64,000 nucleotides of DNA, taken from NCBI GenBank assembly GCA_023135165.1, contig JAGLTS010000005.1:2745-66744 (forward strand), read 5' to 3'. The position numbers were made by a program, and so were the translations under genes. Shown here one piece after another: positions 56,179 to 64,000 of the stretch. Below the pieces are notes generated by a model, which searched no databases, had not been told where the DNA came from, and saw only the letters and a program-made list of their open reading frames with translations. How positions within the stretch are numbered: the first letter of the stretch is position 1; each line of letters starts with the position of its first letter. Origin of the DNA: Phycisphaerales bacterium. GTDB taxonomy: Bacteria > Planctomycetota > Phycisphaerae > Phycisphaerales > JAGLTS01.

Positions 56179-58176
56179 ATGACCGACCTCGTCTGCGCGC
56201 CATTCCTCGACCTGATCGACCGGATGCGCCTGGAACACAGGACGCAGCGGTCCATCTTCGACTTGCCCCGGCGGAAGTGGTACGCGCCGGCGTGTGATGC
56301 GGATGATCCGGATCTGTCGGTGACTTCTCATGGCAAACGCGCGGGTACGCCGGTCGGGCCTGCTGCGGGACCTCACACGCAGATGGCGCAGAACCTCATC
56401 CTCGGCTACCTCGCCGGGGCGCGCATCTTCGAACTCAAGACGGTCCAGATCAACGATCAACTCACGATCCCACGCCCGTGCATCGACGCTGCCAACGTCT
56501 GTTACAACGTCGAGTGGTCGCAAGAGCTGCGCATCGCCGACTCGCTGAGCCAGTATGTGCAAGCCGCGATGCTCATCCACATGCTCCGCGCCGCGCCGCA
56601 GGTGTTCGACAGCCCGTTCGGCGACCTCGACATGGCAGACCCGATCGGCGATGTCGTGTTCGATATGTCCGTTGGCTACGACCTGGCGGGCATTCAATTG
56701 GACGTCATGCGCCGGTTCATGGCGGGCATGGCGGATGCGCGCGATACGATCGACCGCCTGCGCACGCTCATCCCGGACAGGCTCGCTGCGCTGCGCGATC
56801 TGGACTACCCAGCGCATATCAGCACGAGCGTCACGCTCTCAACGTTTCATGGGTGTCCGCCCGACGAAATCGAGCGCATCTGCGAGTTCCTTCTGACCGA
56901 CATGAATGTCGATGTCGTCGTCAAAATGAATCCGCCGATGCTGGGTCAGGACGAGCTTGAGCATCTTCTGCACGACGTGCTGGGCTACGAGCAGATCACG
57001 GTGAATCCCGAAGCGTACGCGACGGGCTTGCGGTTTGACGAAGCGGTCGAGTTATGCAGCCGGGTCACGACGTTGGCGTCTTCACGCGGTAGGAGCTTCG
57101 GCGTGAAGTTCTGTAACACGCTCGAAGTACTCAATCATTGTGATGTGTTTGGTGCTGATTGCCGTGTGATGTATCTGTCCGGCCCACCGTTGCACGTGAT
57201 CGCGCTGGCGCTCGCTGATCGTTTTCGACGCGCGATCGGACATGAGCTACCGATGTCGTTCTCCGCAGGCGTGGATCGGCGCAACTTCTGCGACACAGTG
57301 GCGTGCGGTTTCCTGCCCGTGACGGTCTGCACGGACTTGCTCAAACCCGGCGGCTACGGCAGGTTGCCCGCCTACCTGCACGCGCTGCGCGATGCGATGA
57401 CAGCACTCGGCGCATCCACGCTCGATCAGTACATCCTCGATGCACACGGTCAACGAGAAGCCGCGAACGGCGATCCCACAACCGCGGCTGCGCTGAACCT
57501 GTCGATCATTACCAAAGAGACCCGCAACGACGAACGGTATCACGCCCGGCGCAACAACAAGGCACCGCAGCGCGTCGACTCGCATCTCACCATCTTCGAT
57601 TGCATCACATGCGAGAAGTGCATCCCCGCCTGCCCGAATGATGCGAACTTCATCTACGAAACACCGCGCGTCGATCTGACATACCGCGATGTCGAGGTGC
57701 GCCCCGACGGGTCGATCGCCCAAGTCGGTGACGAAAAGCACTTCCATATCGAGCAGCGGAAGCAGATCGCCAACTTCGCCGACTTCTGCAATGAGTGCGG
57801 CAACTGTGACACGTTCTGCCCCGAGCACGGCGGCCCGTTCATGCAAAAGCCAAACTTCTTTGGCAGCCGAGCATCACTTGATGCAAGCCCGCGCGACGGC
57901 TTCCTCCTCGATACCGCTGACGGTTCACCCACGCTCATTGCCCGCATCGACGGCAACACGTACCAGTTCGACGGCATACGTTACAGCGATGATATCGTCA
58001 CGGTCATCGTGGAGAATGATCGGTTCACGCGCCTATCCCCCGGCGCCACGGCGCCCAGCGCCCCCCACCGCATCGACATGGAACGCTATCACACGATGGC
58101 AACGCTTCTTCGCAGGATCACCGACCCGTCGCGCATCCACCAAGTCAACACCCGCCTTCACGCTGCGCACGTGTAG
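56179..58176 (+). CDS. YgfK-like oxidoreductase lacking the central GltD-like flavin/NAD(P)H module (DPD-like barrel + 2x[4Fe-4S])
   Basis: 665 aa from ATG at 56179; the track start at 55936 overlaps the divergent gene. TPVGPAAGPHTQMAQN, ELKTVQI, MSVGYDL, TLSTFHGCPPDEIE and TDLLKPGGY match my memory of E. coli YgfK. C-terminal CITCEKCIPACP and FCNECGNCDTFCP. Confidence 0.7.
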   Translation: MTDLVCAPFLDLIDRMRLEHRTQRSIFDLPRRKWYAPACDADDPDLSVTSHGKRAGTPVGPAAGPHTQMAQNLILGYLAGARIFELKTVQINDQLTIPRPCIDAANVCYNVEWSQELRIADSLSQYVQAAMLIHMLRAAPQVFDSPFGDLDMADPIGDVVFDMSVGYDLAGIQLDVMRRFMAGMADARDTIDRLRTLIPDRLAALRDLDYPAHISTSVTLSTFHGCPPDEIERICEFLLTDMNVDVVVKMNPPMLGQDELEHLLHDVLGYEQITVNPEAYATGLRFDEAVELCSRVTTLASSRGRSFGVKFCNTLEVLNHCDVFGADCRVMYLSGPPLHVIALALADRFRRAIGHELPMSFSAGVDRRNFCDTVACGFLPVTVCTDLLKPGGYGRLPAYLHALRDAMTALGASTLDQYILDAHGQREAANGDPTTAAALNLSIITKETRNDERYHARRNNKAPQRVDSHLTIFDCITCEKCIPACPNDANFIYETPRVDLTYRDVEVRPDGSIAQVGDEKHFHIEQRKQIANFADFCNECGNCDTFCPEHGGPFMQKPNFFGSRASLDASPRDGFLLDTADGSPTLIARIDGNTYQFDGIRYSDDIVTVIVENDRFTRLSPGATAPSAPHRIDMERYHTMATLLRRITDPSRIHQVNTRLHAAHV

Positions 58177-58314
58177 CCGCGACGCGCAGCGGAGCGCTTT
58201 GCGGGCGCACCCCCGCCGCCAAGTCGAACATCAGGCTAAGACAGTGCGACACAACTCCTGACGAGATGGTGAAGCGTCAAGATCGCCGGCGAACATGTCG
58301 CTATGGGTCCGCGA

Positions 58315-60384
58315 TCACGTCGGCTGTGTGCTGGAAGATCCACTGCTCGTGTCGACGGGCGTTGAGAGCATCGCGGATGCGGCGCGGCGGGTCGGTTGTT
58401 CCGCAGCGCCCATTTGCCGCTCACCGACGCTCTCGGCGAAGTCTTCGCCGAAACGGATCAGCCTGAACGAGTTGGCGAGCACGAAGATGTCGCCTACGAA
58501 GTGGTATGCGACCGCCCACCAGATGTGCAGTTTGCCCGTCGCTGCGAGCGTCAGGCCGAGCACAGCGATCATCACCGCGGCGATCATGTTCTGTGCAACG
58601 ACCGATCGCGTCTTTCGCGCCAGTCGAATCAGGAACGGCACGCGGGCGAGGTCGTCGTTCATGAGCGCGACGCCCGCTGAGTTCGTCGCGATGTCCGAGC
58701 CTGAAAGCCCCATCGCCACACCCACATCCGCCGCTGCGAGGCTCGGCCCGTCATTGATCCCATCGCCGACCATCAGCACGCGCTGACCCCGCTCGGTCAT
58801 CACGCGAATCTGCTCGTGCTTCTCTTCGGGCAGGCATTCCGCTTCGATGTGATCGGTGCCGACCGCCCGGCCGACACGCTTGGCCACGGCGAATCGGTCG
58901 CCTGTGAAGAGCGACAGATGCCGAACGCCGAGTTCGCGCAGGCGCGTCACGACGCCCACCGCGTTGCTGCGAAGCTTGTCTTCCAAACCAACCGCGCCGA
59001 GGTATCGACCGTTTCGCATCACGTGGACGCCGGTCATGCCCTCGATTTTCGACTCGACCGCATCGTGCGCTTCCTTTGATTCGGGCTGCAGTTCGAGCAG
59101 CCACGTCGCGCGCCCGACGAGAATCTCGCCATCCGCGACCTTCGTGCGGACGCCCCGGCCGTGCACTTCTTCGTACGAGTCGCTCGCGCTGGGCGTGATC
59201 TTGGCGGATGCCGCGGTCTGAAGGATGGACTTGGCGAGCGGGTGATTGGAATGCTGTTCGCCGGTCGCGGCGGCTGCGAGAAGTTCAGCCCCACCGACGC
59301 CCGGAGCCGGTGCGAGCTTGGCCACCGCGAAGTGACCGGTCGTCATCGTGCCTGTCTTGTCGAAGACGACCGTATCGACCGTCGCCGCCGCTTCGAGCGT
59401 GGCGGTCTGCTTGATCATGATGCCGAGCCGGGCCGCAGCGGCGAAGGCTGCCACCATCGCTGTGGGCGAAGCGAGCAAGAGCGCGCCCGGGCACGTCACG
59501 ACGAGCACACTGATCGCTTTCTCCGTCGCTCGCATCTGGTCGGCCGACACCGACTTATCCGAGAAGAACCAGACAAGCCCGGCAACCATGAGCGCGACGT
59601 AGACGTAGTACCCAGCCACAAGCTCCACGATCTGCTGGCGCGGCGTCCTCGCCGATTCCGCCTCACGAATAAGCGACTCGACCTTGCCGATCGTCGTATC
59701 GCCTGCCACGGCGGTCACGCGAATGTCGATGGCGCCTGTCAGGTTTGTTGTTCCGGCGTAGACCGGATCGCCGGCCCACGCCTCGGCGGGCACCGCTTCG
59801 CCGGTCAGCGACGCTTGGTTGATCGTCGAATGGCCATCCACGACCTCGCCGTCCACCGGCAGGTTCTCGCCGGGGCGGACTCGCACGATCTGCCCGACGA
59901 CGACCTCATCGAGCGGCGCCTCTCGCTCTTGGCCCGCTTCCGTCACAATGCGTGCGATGTTGGGTGTCAGACCGACGAGTTCCTGGATCGCCTTGTTGGC
60001 TCCCCACGCAGTACGGCGCAGGACCAGATCCGCGACGAGCAGGACGAATGCGAGGAAACCTGCTGTCGTGTATTCACCCGAGGCCATCGCCGCCCCGACC
60101 GCGATGGCGGCGAGCGTGGAACTGGAAGGCCGACCCCTCATGATCTCCGCGAACATTGCCTTGAGGAGCGGCCAGGCGAGCAGCAGCGCGCCGAGGACGG
60201 CGGGAAGCGTGGCAACATCTTCGGAAAAGGTGAAAAGCTGCGTGACGACGGACACGGCAACGAGGATGCCGCCGATCAGCGCGAAGATGAGCAGCCTCTC
60301 GATACTCGTGTTCGTGCCGTGATGCGAGCAGCAGACGATGCCCTGCTCTTCTTGACCGTCGATGCGGTGTGCATGGTCTGCCAT
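58315..60384 (-). CDS. P1B-type heavy-metal-translocating ATPase (CPG variant, His/Cys-rich N-terminus)
   Basis: DKTGTMT, SLTGEAVP, GDGINDGP and TM motif VVTCPGALLLASP. No ferredoxin-fold GMxCxxC domain; instead HAHRIDGQEEQGIVCCSHHG. Start is ATG 60384 (GGGAG upstream) or the upstream track start at 60468. Confidence 0.85.
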   Translation of the reverse strand: MADHAHRIDGQEEQGIVCCSHHGTNTSIERLLIFALIGGILVAVSVVTQLFTFSEDVATLPAVLGALLLAWPLLKAMFAEIMRGRPSSSTLAAIAVGAAMASGEYTTAGFLAFVLLVADLVLRRTAWGANKAIQELVGLTPNIARIVTEAGQEREAPLDEVVVGQIVRVRPGENLPVDGEVVDGHSTINQASLTGEAVPAEAWAGDPVYAGTTNLTGAIDIRVTAVAGDTTIGKVESLIREAESARTPRQQIVELVAGYYVYVALMVAGLVWFFSDKSVSADQMRATEKAISVLVVTCPGALLLASPTAMVAAFAAAARLGIMIKQTATLEAAATVDTVVFDKTGTMTTGHFAVAKLAPAPGVGGAELLAAAATGEQHSNHPLAKSILQTAASAKITPSASDSYEEVHGRGVRTKVADGEILVGRATWLLELQPESKEAHDAVESKIEGMTGVHVMRNGRYLGAVGLEDKLRSNAVGVVTRLRELGVRHLSLFTGDRFAVAKRVGRAVGTDHIEAECLPEEKHEQIRVMTERGQRVLMVGDGINDGPSLAAADVGVAMGLSGSDIATNSAGVALMNDDLARVPFLIRLARKTRSVVAQNMIAAVMIAVLGLTLAATGKLHIWWAVAYHFVGDIFVLANSFRLIRFGEDFAESVGERQMGAAEQPTRRAASAMLSTPVDTSSGSSSTQPT

Positions 60385-60628
60385 GTGTGCTGAAACTCCC
60401 TCGTGCGTCGGTCGCTCCGGCCGGCTCGGCATCTGTTGACCGGCCAGCCTCCCGTGTGCGCGGTTCACGGAGCAACGGTTCCATCAACCCCGCGGATGGC
60501 GCTCACGTCACCACGCATCGTAGCAGGCCGACCCGCCCCGGCCCAATTCGAGCCTGCCGACCAACGCTCTTCGCCCGCGTGGGGTAGCCTATGCATTGTC
60601 CCCGTTCACCTGCCGTCAGGAGACCGCC

Positions 60629-61672
60629 ATGGACGACACGCGCGTGACACTCATCGGGACCGGGCAGATGGGCCTGGTCCTCGCCACGATCCTCACGGGC
60701 AAAGAGAAACCGCCCGCCGTCCGCCTCTGGGGCAGGGACCGATCCACCGTCGAGGCGCTCATCCAGACAAGAGAATCCACGCGCCACCTGCCCGGGTTGC
60801 TGATTCCCGAGTCGGTCCAGCTCGTTGCTGACGATGAGCAGGCGCTGCGCGATGCGGACCTGATCATCTCATGCGTGCCGACCCAGCACCTGCGCGAAGT
60901 GTGGGACAGGCTCAAGACGGTTACGCCGCCGCTCATCCCGATCGCCACCGTATCCAAGGGCATCGAGAACGGGACGCTGCTTCGTCCCACGCAGGTCATC
61001 GCCGACGCGCTGCAGGGTAAGTCGGGGCCGGATCAACCCGACGGCCCGGCGCGACCGCTCGCGACATTGACCGGCCCGACCGTTGCCAACGAGTTGGCCC
61101 GCTGCCTGCCCGCAACGATCATCGCCGCATCCGACACGCCGGAGTTCGCATCGCGCCTGCAAACCCTGCTCACGACAAGCTGGTTCCGCGTCTACACCAA
61201 CAGCGATCTACTCGGCGCGGAACTTGCCGGGGCGACCAAGAACGTCATCGCGATCGCAGCAGGCGTGATCGACGGCCTGCAGGCGGGCGACAACGCCAAA
61301 TCCGCCCTGCTCTCACGCGGCCTGGCGGAGATCACACGGCTCGGCGTCGCGATGGGCGGCCGCATGGAGACGTTCTTCGGCATCGCGGGCGTCGGCGACC
61401 TCGCCACGACATGCTTCAGCCCGCACGGCAGAAACCGAACCTGCGGCGAGGCGCTCGGCAAGGGCGTCACGCTCGAACAGTACCTGGAGGAGACGCACTC
61501 GGTCGTTGAGGGCGTCCCAACGACCAAGTCCGTCATGGAGCTGGCTCGGCGATACAACGTTGAGATGCCGATCACCGAAGCGGTGCATGCCGTGCTGTAC
61601 GAAGGGCTTGACCCGATCGACGGCATCACCAGGCTGATGACGCGCCAGCCCAAGCCGGAGCGCATCGGGTAA
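60629..61672 (+). CDS. gpsA: NAD(P)H-dependent glycerol-3-phosphate dehydrogenase
   Basis: 347 aa from ATG at 60629. IGTGQMG, GPTVANE, GATKNVIAIAAG and GVGDLATTC. Confidence 0.9.
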   Translation: MDDTRVTLIGTGQMGLVLATILTGKEKPPAVRLWGRDRSTVEALIQTRESTRHLPGLLIPESVQLVADDEQALRDADLIISCVPTQHLREVWDRLKTVTPPLIPIATVSKGIENGTLLRPTQVIADALQGKSGPDQPDGPARPLATLTGPTVANELARCLPATIIAASDTPEFASRLQTLLTTSWFRVYTNSDLLGAELAGATKNVIAIAAGVIDGLQAGDNAKSALLSRGLAEITRLGVAMGGRMETFFGIAGVGDLATTCFSPHGRNRTCGEALGKGVTLEQYLEETHSVVEGVPTTKSVMELARRYNVEMPITEAVHAVLYEGLDPIDGITRLMTRQPKPERIG

Positions 61673-61970
61673 CCGACCCTCACGGCCCGATGGGAAAAGG
61701 CAGCGTGGTTGAGGCTCGCCATGACCTTATCCGGTCACTCGCAATCCCCCCCATCATGTCCAGTCTGGGCAACTCGGCGCGTCGGCGTCAACCGGCAACC
61801 CCGGCTGGCCGATGACTGTGACACCGGATCGACGATCGGCAAGAGGCAGCTTGTAACCGATTGAGAGCATGTCACCGTCGTCGCCATGAGTGTTCCAGCA
61901 CGTCCGCCCCGCTGACGTGTGTGAGATCCTGACTGAACATGCACACTGCGCCAAAGCACTGGAGTGGCCG

Positions 61971-64000
61971 GTGAGGAGCATCGCGACGAAGTTCTTGTTG
62001 CCCGTCAGCGCATTCGTAGCGCTGTTCTCCGCGATCATCTTCTTCCACACCTACTCCGACACCAGGAAACGCGTCAACGAGCTCGTGGAACAGCAGAACG
62101 CGCTTGCTCTTGAGTTCGATCTGGCCATCCGTTCATACGTGGCGGATGAGATCAGGCCGGCCATGGAGGAGCGCGTCGGGCCTGACGAGTTCATCCCCGA
62201 AACCATGTCGACATCCTTCGTGGCTCGAAGCATCTTCGAGAGAGTCCGCGAGAAGTTCCCCGATCACATCATCAAGTTCTCGTCGGACGACCCGCGGAAC
62301 CCAGCCAACCAGGCGAGTCCCGACGAACTGAAGATGATCGCGTTCTTCAACGAGAACCCGGATGTCAACAGGTGGACGGGTGCTGTTGATCTCAACGGAG
62401 AGCAGCACCTTGCGATCTTCAGCGCGCGACGAATGAGGCAGAAGTGCCTTCGCTGCCACGGTGATCCCGAAGACGCTCCCGCATCGCTGCTGGCTCGGTA
62501 TGGCGCGACCGCCGGGTTCCATCGGCCTGTGGGAGAGGTGATCGCGCTGGACACCGTCGCAATTCCGATGGCCGAGGCGCAAGCCGCCATCACGTCGCAG
62601 ATCGTGAAGAGCTGCAGCTACGTGGCCGGCGCGCTCGCTCTGCTCTTTGTCTCGATCTTCGTTCTATTCCGCCGGGTCGTGTCGCGACGACTCGCTGCGA
62701 TCGCCGGCCACTTCCGGCAACTTGCCCTTGCGCCAGACGATAGCTCGCTCACGCCGATCACAGTGACGAGCCGAGACGAGATCGGCGACCTGGCCGGCAG
62801 CTTCAACATGCTGGTGGAGAGGCAACGAGCCGCACGCGCCTTGCTTGAGCAGCAAGTCGCCGAGCGCACAGCCGATCTTGCCGCGGTCAATCAGCAGCTC
62901 GAGGACCGACAGCACGAGTTGCAGGAGGCGCGACGCAGCGCCGAGACCGCAAACCATGCCAAGAGTGCGTTCCTCGCCAACATGAGCCACGAGATCCGCA
63001 CGCCGATGACGGCCATCCTCGGCTACGCGGATCTCCTTCGGCAGGCAGCCGATCAGGAGGACGCCCTCGCAGCACATCTCGATTCGATCGAGACGATTCA
63101 TCGCAACGGCGCGCACCTGCTCAGCATCATCAACGACATCCTCGACGTCTCGAAACTCGAGGCAGGCAAGATGGTCGTCGAGCAAATCGACTGCTCGCCT
63201 CACCAGACTGCTGCGGACGTCATCTCACTCATGCACGTCCGTGCCGCGGAGAAGGGCCTCTCCCTCGACTTCGAGACCATCGGCCCCATCCCATCCACGA
63301 TCATCAGCGACCCGACCCGCCTGCGACAGATCCTGGTCAACCTCGTCGGCAACGCGATCAAGTTCACCGAGACCGGCGGCGTGCGACTGCTCCTCAAGCT
63401 TCGCGATCCCCCCGATGCGGAGAAACCCCATGTCGGCTTCGAAGTCATCGACACCGGAATCGGTATGACCGAAGAGCAAGCCGCGAACCTCTTCGAACCG
63501 TTCACGCAGGGCGACAGTTCGACCGTCCGCAAGTTCGGCGGAACCGGACTCGGGCTGGCCATCTCCAAGCGTTTGGCGGAACTGCTCGGCGGCAGCATCA
63601 CGGTCACGAGCGAGAAGGACTGCGGCACCACGTTCGCCGCCGTCGTCGCGACCGGGCCGTTACAGGGTGTCGAGATGATCACACAGGCCGAGCGGGCTGT
63701 GCGCCAGCAGCACAAGACACCGGCATCCCGGCCGGTGGACACCTCGCGTTCGCTCGACGGCTTCCGCATCCTGCTCGCTGAGGATGGACCGGACAACCAA
63801 CGTCTGATCACCTTCCACCTCAGGAAGGCAGGCGCGGTCGTGACCGCAGCGGAGAACGGACAGGTCGCCTACGTCAAGGCGACCGAAGCATGGAAGGCGG
63901 GCGATCCGTTCGACGTGATCCTCATGGACATGCAGATGCCGGTGATGGACGGCTATCAGGCCACACTGAAGCTGCGCAAGGATGGCTATGCAGGCCCGGT
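61971..64000 (+). CDS. hybrid sensor histidine kinase, partial (runs off window): TM - DUF3365-like CxxCH sensor - TM - HAMP - HisKA - HATPase - receiver
   Basis: Not in the ORF track because no stop falls in the window. GTG at 61971 follows GGAGTGG. My translation gives [28 protein letters not shown] (HAMP), [13 protein letters not shown] (H-box), [25 protein letters not shown], then [11 protein letters not shown] ... [12 protein letters not shown] (receiver). Confidence 0.85.
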   Translation, partial: MRSIATKFLLPVSAFVALFSAIIFFHTYSDTRKRVNELVEQQNALALEFDLAIRSYVADEIRPAMEERVGPDEFIPETMSTSFVARSIFERVREKFPDHIIKFSSDDPRNPANQASPDELKMIAFFNENPDVNRWTGAVDLNGEQHLAIFSARRMRQKCLRCHGDPEDAPASLLARYGATAGFHRPVGEVIALDTVAIPMAEAQAAITSQIVKSCSYVAGALALLFVSIFVLFRRVVSRRLAAIAGHFRQLALAPDDSSLTPITVTSRDEIGDLAGSFNMLVERQRAARALLEQQVAERTADLAAVNQQLEDRQHELQEARRSAETANHAKSAFLANMSHEIRTPMTAILGYADLLRQAADQEDALAAHLDSIETIHRNGAHLLSIINDILDVSKLEAGKMVVEQIDCSPHQTAADVISLMHVRAAEKGLSLDFETIGPIPSTIISDPTRLRQILVNLVGNAIKFTETGGVRLLLKLRDPPDAEKPHVGFEVIDTGIGMTEEQAANLFEPFTQGDSSTVRKFGGTGLGLAISKRLAELLGGSITVTSEKDCGTTFAAVVATGPLQGVEMITQAERAVRQQHKTPASRPVDTSRSLDGFRILLAEDGPDNQRLITFHLRKAGAVVTAAENGQVAYVKATEAWKAGDPFDVILMDMQMPVMDGYQATLKLRKDGYAGP

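Noticed and set aside
45049-58176. In-frame TGA (selenocysteine) codons in the Mo-hydroxylase cluster
   Set aside because: All cluster ORFs are uninterrupted in the track. The selenium dependence proposed for this enzyme class involves a labile cofactor, not Sec, so none is expected.

Overview
64-kb GC-rich bacterial chromosomal window. Hand counts of single 60-nt lines give about 62-68% GC for most of the window and about 52-55% for the first ~2.3 kb. I recognised no rRNA, CRISPR array, transposase, integrase or phage genes. Left to right: (1) a lower-GC segment with an orphan tail-anchored protein; (2) icd; (3) a sulfotransferase/acylphosphatase pair; (4) a PEP-CTERM protein and a putative regulator, bracketed by a segmental duplication that carries a frameshifted second acylphosphatase; (5) rpsU; (6) an unusually long membrane pyrophosphatase; (7) the dominant feature, a ~15.3-kb ten-gene minus-strand operon: korA-korB-[872-aa protein with a PFOR-domain-VI-like core and a C-terminal ferredoxin]-rnfB-[~1520-aa full-length PFOR homologue that has lost its cofactor ligands]-rnfC-rnfD-rnfG-rnfE-rnfA; (8) a tRNA-Cys(GCA) with a class-II-like long variable arm; (9) MMPL/RND transporter, tadA, tatC, an ECF sigma/anti-sigma/PDZ module, acnA, pheS, mdh; (10) a ygeW/ygeY/ssnA/ygfK/xdhD-type purine/urate catabolic cluster with variant composition; (11) a P1B-type ATPase, gpsA, and a hybrid histidine kinase with a CxxCH sensor domain that runs off the right edge. 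Lineage guess, inference only: Planctomycetota/Phycisphaerae-like. The ORF track accepts ATG/GTG/TTG starts and many listed starts are too far upstream, so I re-derived starts where the sequence allowed. Most other long ORFs in the track are antisense shadows typical of GC-rich DNA. All family assignments come from motif recognition by eye and memory, not from searches.
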